A stretch of DNA of 64,000 bases from Acidobacteriota bacterium (GTDB lineage Bacteria > Acidobacteriota > UBA6911): positions 4,480,001-4,544,000 of the forward strand of contig OY761556.1 of assembly GCA_963664705.1 (NCBI GenBank), given 5' to 3'. The notes beneath the pieces were generated by a model that was given only the letters and a program-made list of their open reading frames with translations, ran no database searches and was not told where the DNA came from. The position numbers were made by a program, and so were the translations under genes. Shown piece by piece: positions 39,765 through 48,713 of the stretch. Positions within the stretch are counted from its first letter, which is position 1. Every line of letters starts with the position of its first letter.

Positions 39765-40334
39765 TTACCCCTCACCACCATTCAGTTTTTCCAGCCATTC
39801 CTCACGCCAGAAGAAATAGCAATTGCGGTCGCAGCGTCCATAGTGGGTTGTACCTCTGCAATTCAATCCTTCGAGCAGGAAGACGCCGTTGCATCTTTTG
39901 ACCTGATAGTCCCGTTCATCAACAAACCGCTCCATCCGCTTCAACACTCGCTGCGTAGTGCCGCAATAGGGTGACATTTCAATCGGCATGAACATGCATC
40001 CTTTGAGTATTCCCCACTCGTTGAGTGTGGCGCCAATTTCTTCCTTTGATTTCACGCGGACAAGGTCGCCGGCCTGCAGGGATGTTGATTCCCCAGGATG
40101 CGAGGCGACGACATCGTAGGGCCTTTCCCGAAGCACCCCGCGAAGTCTTTCGAACAGCATACTGCTGGAGGTTTTAAGTTTTCTGACCTGATCCGCCTTC
40201 ATGCTGCGCCGGATCAGGAGCCGCAATCGCCGGATAAAACCTTCTGGCGGTATCATGGCAAGCCCCTCGGAAATCTCCGGGATACTGGGCAACTGACAGT
40301 CTCCAGACGTAGTGGGCATCACGGTTCGCCTCAA
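39765..40334 (-). CDS. Hypothetical protein with Cys-rich SH3-like C-terminal domain
   Basis: [16 protein letters not shown]…G..F..EM..YCG…LEG..C.G…CDRNCY.FWRE.WL; start may be 40319. Confidence 0.7.
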   Translation of the reverse strand: MRRTVMPTTSGDCQLPSIPEISEGLAMIPPEGFIRRLRLLIRRSMKADQVRKLKTSSSMLFERLRGVLRERPYDVVASHPGESTSLQAGDLVRVKSKEEIGATLNEWGILKGCMFMPIEMSPYCGTTQRVLKRMERFVDERDYQVKRCNGVFLLEGLNCRGTTHYGRCDRNCYFFWREEWLEKLNGGEG

Positions 40335-40368
40335 TTAAAACGGTATGGCCTGGCACCGTCATTCATTA

Positions 40369-41535
40369 TCAGGAGCGCCAACACCTGGCGGCCTGACAGA
40401 TTTGCCGTGCCTGGTCTTCAGTCAAGGAAGGGTATGTCGGCAGCCCAACCACACTCTCGGCCGCCTGGTGCGAATTTGGAAAATTGCGAAGTCCATAGCT
40501 TTCCGGGCAGGAATAGCGATAAGACCAGCTTAAATCAATTCCACGGGACTGCATGTGTTTATAGAAGCCCCATTTGTTTTCAGCCCATACAGGATATTGG
40601 ATCCATGCAGGCGCTGATGCCGGCAGCGGTTCAATCAAGGTCAGATCACATCGATTTGAAAGCTCTTTCTGATAGATCCGCGCCAGGGACTGGCGCCGCT
40701 TCAGGTTTGAACTGAGTCGATCCAGTTGTCGCAGTACAAGAAGCGCCGAGGTATCAGGGCATAAACGGAATGACGTCCGGGCTCGTTTGCCATCGGAAGG
40801 CGCAACCTCAAACATCTTTTCGTGCTTCAGCATTCGGTAGCCGAGGTGCGTGATGGGATAAATGCGTCTCAGGCTAAGTGTCTTCCTCGCAAGAGCACGT
40901 ACGGCCGGCATCCCTGCGGTTTGATTCGTTCCCGATGTCTCGAGAACGAGCCGAATCTTCCCGGCCAAACCATCGTCGTTTGTTAAAAGGGCGCCGCCGC
41001 CCTCCCCGGAAATTACTTTTGTGGAATGAAAGCTCAGGATTGTTGCGTCGCTCCGCTGGCCGAGGATTTGGCCTTCAAACTCGGCTCCGAGCGCCGGCGC
41101 CGCATCCTCGACCATCAAAACATCTTTATTCCCAAAGACATTCTTGAAGTCGGCGACGCTGCAGGGAATGCCAAACAGGTGGGTGGCCAATGCTACCGTT
41201 ACTCTCTCGGACGACGACTCTCTGATTGTATCGATAGAGACATTGAGGGTACGTCTGTTTATGTCGGCAAATACGGGATAATACCCTGCCCTGTATACCG
41301 CCTGCGGAACAACAATGCAGGTATAGGCGGACATCAGGACGCCTCCAGGCCTGTTATAAGCCATCAATAGGAGACGTAATGCCTCCCTGGCACTCTCGAG
41401 CAGGAAAACGTTGCTTACGCCATATAGTGCCCGGATACGCGAGCAAAGCTGGTTGCGTGCGCTATCCTTTGCAGAGGAATGGAGCGCATAGACAAGATCT
41501 TCATAGGAATACGTCGGAGCATTGCGTGCGAGCAT
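40369..41535 (-). CDS. DegT/DnrJ/EryC1/StrS family PLP aminotransferase
   Basis: HLFGIP, EDAAPALG, SFHSTK..SG.GGG; TGATG coupling with the upstream GT. Confidence 0.85.
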   Translation of the reverse strand: MLARNAPTYSYEDLVYALHSSAKDSARNQLCSRIRALYGVSNVFLLESAREALRLLLMAYNRPGGVLMSAYTCIVVPQAVYRAGYYPVFADINRRTLNVSIDTIRESSSERVTVALATHLFGIPCSVADFKNVFGNKDVLMVEDAAPALGAEFEGQILGQRSDATILSFHSTKVISGEGGGALLTNDDGLAGKIRLVLETSGTNQTAGMPAVRALARKTLSLRRIYPITHLGYRMLKHEKMFEVAPSDGKRARTSFRLCPDTSALLVLRQLDRLSSNLKRRQSLARIYQKELSNRCDLTLIEPLPASAPAWIQYPVWAENKWGFYKHMQSRGIDLSWSYRYSCPESYGLRNFPNSHQAAESVVGLPTYPSLTEDQARQICQAARCWRS

Positions 41536-42794
41536 CACTTCAAACCGGCGGAACTCTGAATAGCCTGGTAGTATTGATCGGCGGCTTTCTTTCGCGAATA
41601 ATTTGCCGTCACATGATCGCGGCCGCGCATTCCCATCGACTCGCAGCCTCGCGGATCCCTGAATAGTGAAAGGATGGCTTCCGCCAATGCGGCAGGTTCC
41701 TCCGGAGCAACACACAATCCGCACCGCACGGCATCAAGGAGAGACGCCACATCCGTCTGTGGATGAACAGTAGCCACAATAGGGCGCCCGCTCGCCATAA
41801 TGCTGTAGGTTTTGGACGGGATGGACTCCATCACGATATCGCGTCTGAGGGAGATGAGGCCGACATCCGCCAGGGAATATACAAGAGGCACATGTTCCCG
41901 CGACAGGAATGGAAAGAAGAGAACATTCTTCAGCCCGGCCTCTTCTGCCCTGCGCTGAAGCCCGGCCTTGGCGGCACCCTCGCCAACCAATACAAACACG
42001 ATCTCCTCTTGCTTCGCTAAAAGCCCGGCCGAGGTCAGAACTGTCTCCAAACTCTGAGACAAGCCCAGATTCCCTGCATAAAGCACCACAAATTTGCCAG
42101 ACAACCCCCATCGGCGACGCAATTCATTGTCACGCGGCAGCGGTCGGATAAAACCGGTGTCCACGCACACAGGGATCACTGAAATTTTTTCGGGAGCAAC
42201 TCCCTTCTGAACCAGGTTCATTTTGAAGCCGTCGGTGAGAACCGATATGTGCGCGGACCGATGATAATAAAAACGCTCAATTTCCCCCATTGCCTGCAGG
42301 ATGCGCTTGTTTCTTATGATCGAAAGCCTGGCTAGAACATCGGGATAAATGTCGTGAATGATGTATATAAATGGTATACGCGCTATCATCGCGGTAAGGA
42401 GCAGCGGAAATCCGGTCCAGAAGCAGGGCGCATCAGCCAGCACAATATCGGGCCGGGAGATCCTGAATGCGGAAAGCGTGGCGGAGAGACCAAAGGATGC
42501 GCAATGAAGAAGTCTGCGGGACAAAGACTCCTTTGAAGCCGAAGCAACCCGGGTCCGGACAATATGGACACCGTTGATATCCTCACGCTTGAGAGGCTTC
42601 GGAGATACTTTATCCATGTCCGGACCTGGCAGTGGGCGCGTCGGCAGCGATGTTATGACTGAAACATTACAGCCAAGCTGAATCAGGTCCTCGCACAATG
42701 CGGTAAATATCGGAACACTCGCCGCAAGATCGGGCGCGTAGAAAGGGGTGATCATGAGAACATTGATCGAGCGCATCTGCAAAACTCCTGCCAT
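41535..42794 (-). CDS. Glycosyltransferase family 4 (WcaI/WbuB-like)
   Basis: FYAPD, HDIYPD, YAGNLGLSQ.L, VGEG, PSKTYSIMASGRP. Confidence 0.9.
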   Translation of the reverse strand: MAGVLQMRSINVLMITPFYAPDLAASVPIFTALCEDLIQLGCNVSVITSLPTRPLPGPDMDKVSPKPLKREDINGVHIVRTRVASASKESLSRRLLHCASFGLSATLSAFRISRPDIVLADAPCFWTGFPLLLTAMIARIPFIYIIHDIYPDVLARLSIIRNKRILQAMGEIERFYYHRSAHISVLTDGFKMNLVQKGVAPEKISVIPVCVDTGFIRPLPRDNELRRRWGLSGKFVVLYAGNLGLSQSLETVLTSAGLLAKQEEIVFVLVGEGAAKAGLQRRAEEAGLKNVLFFPFLSREHVPLVYSLADVGLISLRRDIVMESIPSKTYSIMASGRPIVATVHPQTDVASLLDAVRCGLCVAPEEPAALAEAILSLFRDPRGCESMGMRGRDHVTANYSRKKAADQYYQAIQSSAGLK

Positions 42795-42836
42795 GCGGAA
42801 AACATCGAAGCAGAACTTTTGAATCCTACCTATGTG

Positions 42837-43787
42837 TTAATTTTTGGCAGTCAACACCTGCCCAGGCGGATGAAGGCAAACGGGCCAGGCCTGCTGATCC
42901 AGCGGACGCTGTCCCTCCAGATAAAACCGAAGCATGCCAACCAGTTTGGGCAGGAACGAGTGTACAGACATACGGATTGAGAGCTTTTTGAGAACGCCCA
43001 CCAGGGCCGGCTGGACCATGGGCGCCAGCCAGGGATGCAACACAACGCGCTGACGCACCGGTCTGGCCACGTACCCCATCCTGAACTTGAACTCATCCAC
43101 ACTGGGAGAAGCATCCAGCGACTGAAAAGCGTAAAACAGCAAAGAGATCCCGGGCCGGTTCACCATTGTTTGCGTTACCACGAATGTAAGCGCGTTATTC
43201 ACACGTTTTCCCAGGTATTCGTGATGGCATTGCTGCGACAGAAACTCGCAGCAGTCCCCCATTTGAAAGGTCAATAACGATGCCACCAGCCTTTCTTCCG
43301 CTATTGCTCCCCAGGCCTCAAATCCCGGGAGCCTGGCTGCCAGATTGCACCTCCGGTGCCACCTGGATTCGTCGAGATCGAGCTTTCGGCTCTGCCGATC
43401 CACAGTGTCTTTCTCAAGTGCCCAGCCCTCTTCCGCCAATCGTCGAAGGCTGATCGGCTCTACCCTGCAGTTATTCAAACCGGTTCGCACATTTTGGCGG
43501 CTGCGCCGGTCAAGAATCTCCAGGCTATATTTGGCCGCCTGATAAACGGCATGGTAGCTGATGCAACCCAGCGGGCTCTCGAGAGGTGCGGAATAGCGCA
43601 ACGCGAGCGCGCGGCTTTTCACGAGGATCTTTCCCAGTTCCTGCTCGGAGGGCTGTACAAGCCAGTGATAGGGAAAGGCCTGGTAAGCCCCGAACCCGGC
43701 GTCAAACCAGAAACTGCTGTGAGTCCGCAGTACCCGGTGGCCCTGGCATCTCAGCCATTCGGCAAAGACTTCAGCGTCCATATGCAC
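42837..43787 (-). CDS. Hypothetical protein, probable FemAB/GNAT-like fold
   Basis: L.RRSRQNVRTGL, WGA…LVA, NNAL.F, SVDEFKFRMGY resemble the tandem-GNAT FemAB/BioF2 pattern. Confidence 0.55.
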   Translation of the reverse strand: MHMDAEVFAEWLRCQGHRVLRTHSSFWFDAGFGAYQAFPYHWLVQPSEQELGKILVKSRALALRYSAPLESPLGCISYHAVYQAAKYSLEILDRRSRQNVRTGLNNCRVEPISLRRLAEEGWALEKDTVDRQSRKLDLDESRWHRRCNLAARLPGFEAWGAIAEERLVASLLTFQMGDCCEFLSQQCHHEYLGKRVNNALTFVVTQTMVNRPGISLLFYAFQSLDASPSVDEFKFRMGYVARPVRQRVVLHPWLAPMVQPALVGVLKKLSIRMSVHSFLPKLVGMLRFYLEGQRPLDQQAWPVCLHPPGQVLTAKN

Positions 43788-43856
43788 ACCGCTCGGGAAT
43801 AAAGGCCACCGGATTCATGGGAATGGCAATCATTGGGAAAATCGCCCAATTGCACG

Positions 43857-45962
43857 TCATTGGCTATTCCGCAGAGAAGAACCTGCGAGTTTTAGGGACC
43901 TTGGCTGGCCATACGCCATCTGCAGATCATGGAGATGTCCGGAGTTTCCTGAATACGTCAATAAGTCACAGCGAGTCACCTCTTGGGTGTGAATCCGGCT
44001 ATCTTCAGGCACATACAGGTGCACTTGACTGGGGACGGGCCATTGGTATCCCTTGATCTGGAATGGCTGGGCCATAAGCGTCCGGGCGCGCCGGAGCACG
44101 GTCTCAGCCGCCAGATCGTCCCCCAAGTCGTCGAAAAGCAAAGCAAACTCGCAGTTGCCGGTATAGGACAAAGTGTCGCTTTCTCTCGTGCAGCCTGCCA
44201 GCCGCCTGGCCACCTGTCCCAATAATTCCTGTGAGGCATGAATCCGGTTCCCGTCCACCAGGCGGCTGGAGTCCTCCAGATCGATGGTCAGCAGCGCCGG
44301 CGTTGTGTGATAGCGCCTGGCGCAGGCCAATGAATGCTGCAACCGCTCTCGAAGAAGCGTCCCGTTGGGCAACCCTGTCAGCAGATCGTGCTGCGGCAGT
44401 GAATCCACACGATGCTGCGACCACTCGAGATACTGAATGGACTCCGTGGGACGATTTTCATTCCCATAGGCCAAAAGGTCGTCCAGAAAGACAGCCTTGA
44501 TTCCGGCTCTGTCCATGAGCTCAAAGATTGCCTCTTCAAGGCCCTTCAGTACATTGGGAACCGTGTATACGATCAGTCGGACATCATGTTCCTTGATAAG
44601 CAAAGGAAGATCTCCAATCCCGCCCAACACCCGGCTGCCATGCAACTGCATGCCTTGATTGGTCGGGTCTTCCGTTGCAACGATTCCCACAATAGAAAAG
44701 GCATGACGGAAGATGTCGCGCCGGAGGAGCCAGTTGGCGACCTGAGAGGCTTCGCCATCGCCCACAATCAGGACACGCTCTCCCATCCCTCGCCTTTTTC
44801 CCGACGCCGTCATCCGACCCTGCGTAATCCATGTCAGAAGCCGGAATCGATAACGCACAAAAATAAACCCGCTCTGCGCCAACAGGCCGGTACAGAGAAT
44901 CATCCCAAATGGAAGAGGCGGGAATGCAAACCACTGGAAACTGGATTGCGCCTCATTGAGAGACAGGGCGATCAGAGTCCCTGCCCCCGCGGTAAAAAAC
45001 AAGCCAACCGCGTCTTCGGCATTGGCTCTGGACCAGATAATGCGATGCAATCCGGCCAGGTAATTGAATGCGCTGAAAATGAAAGCCAGGCAGAAGGCGA
45101 AGAGGACCACATACTTCTCCCCCCAGTTCAGAGGCCCCTGGATGCGCCAGATAAGCGTGGAAGCGGATACGGCGGCAAAAGAGCAGCAAAAATCGCATAC
45201 CAGCCAGGAAGCATAACGGTGGACGATGCGAGACAACGGCCCCGCAAACAGGTAACCCTCCGGAATTCTCACCGGGCAAAGGCGCGGAGTGAGAATCGAC
45301 AGTGTCCACAGAATGGTATCCAGGTCCGAGGTAAAAGACCGGTTGCGAACATAAAGCTGGTCCAGGCGCAGCTTGTCGGGAAGGATGTCTTTGATATATT
45401 TCCCGGTTAGATTATCGCTGGTCAGTAAATCCTCTTCACTGTGATAGAGAACGCTTGCCGGACTGGTGATCCCCGGCCTCATCGAAAGGATCTCGCGGCG
45501 AATGGAGGAAGGATAGGAATCGATGAAAACAGGGTCTTCCGGGCGAGGCCCGACAAGGCTCATGTCGCCCACAAGCACATTCCATAACTGCGGCAGTTCA
45601 TTTATTTTCGTATCTCGCAACCAGCGTCCCAGCCGGGTGATGCGCGGATCGTCCTTCGCAGTAAGCCTTGGACCGCTGTGAGTTTCGGGACGTTCATACA
45701 TGGTCCGGAACTTGAGAATCTGGAAAAGCTGCCCTCCTTTGCCCACACGAGGGCCGCGGTAAAAAACCGGACCGGGAGATTCCCGCACCACCAGCAGGCC
45801 AATGATCAACAGGAACGGGCTAAGCAAAATAAGGCCTGCCAATGAAAGCAATACGTCAAAAACCCTTTTTACCGCCTCACTCAGAGTTGAGCGAAGGGAG
45901 CAGGTATCACCCTCCTTTTGAAAACAGCCTGCCGCGAATTCGACCTGTCGCAAATCAATCAC
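43857..45962 (-). CDS. Priming phosphoglycosyl transferase (Bac_transf) fused to a TM bundle, a Rossmann/CoA-binding-like domain and a degenerate GGDEF domain
   Basis: KRVFD, KFRTM, DPRIT.LGRWLR.TKINELPQL.NV..GDMSLVGPRP, PGITS; RVLIVGDGEAS; HDLLTGLPN…RESDTLSYTGNCEF; GTG at 45962 follows the upstream stop (TTG at 46016 is an alternative). Confidence 0.85.
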   Translation of the reverse strand: MIDLRQVEFAAGCFQKEGDTCSLRSTLSEAVKRVFDVLLSLAGLILLSPFLLIIGLLVVRESPGPVFYRGPRVGKGGQLFQILKFRTMYERPETHSGPRLTAKDDPRITRLGRWLRDTKINELPQLWNVLVGDMSLVGPRPEDPVFIDSYPSSIRREILSMRPGITSPASVLYHSEEDLLTSDNLTGKYIKDILPDKLRLDQLYVRNRSFTSDLDTILWTLSILTPRLCPVRIPEGYLFAGPLSRIVHRYASWLVCDFCCSFAAVSASTLIWRIQGPLNWGEKYVVLFAFCLAFIFSAFNYLAGLHRIIWSRANAEDAVGLFFTAGAGTLIALSLNEAQSSFQWFAFPPLPFGMILCTGLLAQSGFIFVRYRFRLLTWITQGRMTASGKRRGMGERVLIVGDGEASQVANWLLRRDIFRHAFSIVGIVATEDPTNQGMQLHGSRVLGGIGDLPLLIKEHDVRLIVYTVPNVLKGLEEAIFELMDRAGIKAVFLDDLLAYGNENRPTESIQYLEWSQHRVDSLPQHDLLTGLPNGTLLRERLQHSLACARRYHTTPALLTIDLEDSSRLVDGNRIHASQELLGQVARRLAGCTRESDTLSYTGNCEFALLFDDLGDDLAAETVLRRARTLMAQPFQIKGYQWPVPSQVHLYVPEDSRIHTQEVTRCDLLTYSGNSGHLHDLQMAYGQPRSLKLAGSSLRNSQ

Positions 45963-45963
45963 T

Positions 45964-47127
45964 TTATTTGCCTTCAGCTCCCAATGCCTGGCGGATGATG
46001 GAACAGATGCCTTCAACAGCCTCTCGCGTCAGACCGGGGAACAAAGGAAGGGTGATCGCGCGCTGAGAAAAGGCAACACTCTTGGGCAGATCCTCGCCCC
46101 GAAAGGCTTCGAAGGCTTTAAACCAGGGGATATAAGGGTAATGCAGGCTGGTTTGAATCCTTGCGTCCCTGAGCGCGTGAACAACGCTATTCCGGCAGGT
46201 TGCATCAGGCGCCACCAGAACCGCAAGATGGCAGGCGCTGTCGCCCGAATAGTCGGAGAAAGCAAACCGGCAGCCGGCGATCTGATCCAATTCGTTCCTG
46301 TAGATCAGGGAGAGATCGCTGCGGCGGCGGTTGTTCCCATCAAGCTTTTCCAACTGCGCCCGACCCAGCGCAGCGTGTATCTCATCCAACCGATAGTTGT
46401 AACCGTTGGCAGTCACATCATAGCTGTACGCGTGCCCTCGATGTCGATCCCAGGAGAGAGAGGTCATGCCGTGAGAGCGAAGCTTGCGAACGGAATCTGC
46501 CAGATCCTCACGATCAGTTGTGATCATCCCTCCCTCTCCAACCGCGAGGTTCTTATTGCTGAAGAAGGAAAAACAGCCAATGTCACCAATCCGGCCAGCC
46601 ATTCTGCCGTTCGCCTTTCCTGCCGTGCACGCATAATGCGCTCCCACGGCATGGCAGGAGTCTTCCACCAGTGCAAGCTTATGCTCGCTGCAAATATCCA
46701 GGATCTCGCCCATTCTCGTCAGATAGCCGCCATAGTGCATGACAATGACGGCCCTGGTTCGCGGCGTTATCCGCAGCCGGATCTGTTCCGGATCGATCGT
46801 CGGTTCCGCAATCCCAACAATATCTCCAAACACCGGCACACACCCCGCCGCGAGGGTCATATTCGCAGCCGCTACAAAGTTGATTGCCGGTTGAATCACC
46901 TCATCCTGTCGGTTGAGACCCAGCGCAACCAGGGCAAGGTGCAGAGCGGCCGTCCCGTTTGCAACAGCAATGGCATATTTCGCACCGATCCGTGATGCAA
47001 ATTCATGCTCAAATGCCTCTACCTCCGATCCCATGGAAAGCCATCTGCTGTCGAGGACACGAAGCACCGCATCTCTTTCAGCATCGCCGTAGTCCAGATC
47101 ACTTAGTGGTATGCGCCATTCAGACAA
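45964..47127 (-). CDS. DegT/DnrJ/EryC1/StrS family PLP aminotransferase
   Basis: ANGTAALHL, EDSCHAVG, FSFFSNKNLAVGEGG, GYNYRLDE; TTG start with GAGGA RBS. Confidence 0.93.
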   Translation of the reverse strand: MSEWRIPLSDLDYGDAERDAVLRVLDSRWLSMGSEVEAFEHEFASRIGAKYAIAVANGTAALHLALVALGLNRQDEVIQPAINFVAAANMTLAAGCVPVFGDIVGIAEPTIDPEQIRLRITPRTRAVIVMHYGGYLTRMGEILDICSEHKLALVEDSCHAVGAHYACTAGKANGRMAGRIGDIGCFSFFSNKNLAVGEGGMITTDREDLADSVRKLRSHGMTSLSWDRHRGHAYSYDVTANGYNYRLDEIHAALGRAQLEKLDGNNRRRSDLSLIYRNELDQIAGCRFAFSDYSGDSACHLAVLVAPDATCRNSVVHALRDARIQTSLHYPYIPWFKAFEAFRGEDLPKSVAFSQRAITLPLFPGLTREAVEGICSIIRQALGAEGK

Positions 47128-47905
47128 GTATGAAATCCTCCTTTTTCTCCGCATAGATCTCCTGGGCACGCGCATAATCGTCAGGACGGCCGATATCGAG
47201 CCAGAGGCAATCGCTCGGATAGGCGCAGACGCGTTCCCCGTGTTTGAGCAGCTTTATCACAAGGTCGGGAAAGTCCAGATAGCAGCCGGGCTCGATATAA
47301 CGAATCACTTCGGGCTCATAGACATAAATGCCCATACTGACGTTATAGCTGCTCTTCGGTTTTTCCAGATACCGTGCCACGGTAAAACCACCGTCGAACT
47401 CCAATACGCCAAGATCGATTTTTACTTCCCGCTTCTGCACGCCGATCGTTAACATTGCGCGTTGGTCCCGGTGAAAACTGACCAATTCGTGGATATTCAT
47501 GTTTGTCAGAAGATCGCCATTGAGCGCGAGGAATGTTTCATGCAGCGCAGGGATGGAAGCAAGCGATCCGGCGGTACCGGTCGGTTCATGTTCTTCAACA
47601 TAGTGCAAGGTACACCGTTCGGTCAGCGATCGACGGTGTTGCATGTAGGCCTTTATCAGCTCAGCCAAATGGCCAAGAGTGAGCGTAATATCGGTGATGC
47701 CATGCTGAACCAGGCGATAAATCAGCACTTCCAGAACGGGAATGTCGCCCAGCGGAACAAGAGGCTTGGGGAAACTGGCAGTGTACGGAGCCAGGCGGGT
47801 GCCTTTGCCGCCGGCAAGAATCACCGCACGCATTCCAGTCGCCGCACCGGAGGGCGATACTTTGCCATTCCCGGGGATTGTACTTTGTAGCGCGGTTGCA
47901 TTCAT
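47120..47905 (-). CDS. Sugar-phosphate nucleotidyltransferase
   Basis: AVILAGGKGTRL.PYT..FPKPL, E.EPTGTAG, NGDLL, WLDIGRPDDY; GGAGG RBS. Confidence 0.92.
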   Translation of the reverse strand: MNATALQSTIPGNGKVSPSGAATGMRAVILAGGKGTRLAPYTASFPKPLVPLGDIPVLEVLIYRLVQHGITDITLTLGHLAELIKAYMQHRRSLTERCTLHYVEEHEPTGTAGSLASIPALHETFLALNGDLLTNMNIHELVSFHRDQRAMLTIGVQKREVKIDLGVLEFDGGFTVARYLEKPKSSYNVSMGIYVYEPEVIRYIEPGCYLDFPDLVIKLLKHGERVCAYPSDCLWLDIGRPDDYARAQEIYAEKKEDFILV

Positions 47906-47969
47906 GCGGTCCTCCCCTACGGTCTTATCAATTTGGGTCACAATCGCTTTCGTCAAACAGACTGCCGCC

Positions 47970-48713
47970 TCACAACCGGCGATAGAGCGCTTCGGGAATC
48001 GGGTATGCCCGCTGAGTGAGAACGGCTCCGAGAATTCGTATATTCAGGGCATCCAGATCCTGCCGCGCTTTTAGCGCGGCCGCGCGGCGCGTGGAGTTTG
48101 CGGCAATGACCAGGACAACACCATCCGCAATCCGGCCAAGCACCAGGGCTTCCGCCAGCTCATTCACCGGGGGAGCATTGAAGAGAACGTATTTGAATTG
48201 TGCGGTCAATTCCGAAAGGCGTTCTTTCAGGTGCACCGGGCTGGCGGGCACCGAATCCGAAACCGGCGGCCTTAAATCGCCGGATAGAAGCCACAGGTTG
48301 TTGCCGCGAATCAAATGGGCACCGTTTTTTGCGCCGCAGTGAGTTGTTGCAGGATTTTCGTGGCTGTCCGCGAAACTCTCTCCGAAATAATGGTCGAGTG
48401 CGGGAGAAACAGGATCCCCATTGATAAGGCAGATTTTGTCTTCGACCTGGCCGGCCAGCAACTCTCCCACCTGTGCGCATATCACGCTGCTGCAGGCATT
48501 GTGATCGACCGGGCAGAAAACAACGACATGAGGAGCGGACGAGCCTCCAAGCAGAAACAGGCGGGCTATCAATTTCAGTATTTCCGGTTGTCCGTGCCCG
48601 TTTCCATTGTGGTGCTCCGGAGCATATCCGGCCGAGCACTCCGCTGGCGATTCATGCCGGAACAGTTCAACATCTCTCCTGACCGCACGCAAAAGCTCAT
48701 AGTTTTTGCTCAT
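47970..48713 (-). CDS. CpsD/CapB (BY-kinase) family protein with degenerate Walker motifs
   Basis: Recognisable C-half (L..L..QF.YVLFNAPPV…ADGVVLVI.AN.TRR…ILGAVL…YPIP..LY); Walker A, A' and B all substituted. Confidence 0.8.
   Translation of the reverse strand: MSKNYELLRAVRRDVELFRHESPAECSAGYAPEHHNGNGHGQPEILKLIARLFLLGGSSAPHVVVFCPVDHNACSSVICAQVGELLAGQVEDKICLINGDPVSPALDHYFGESFADSHENPATTHCGAKNGAHLIRGNNLWLLSGDLRPPVSDSVPASPVHLKERLSELTAQFKYVLFNAPPVNELAEALVLGRIADGVVLVIAANSTRRAAALKARQDLDALNIRILGAVLTQRAYPIPEALYRRL

Noticed and set aside
44020-44390. Active diguanylate cyclase
   Set aside because: The GG(D/E)EF and DxDxFKxxND motifs are degenerate (GNCEF; DLEDSSRLVD)
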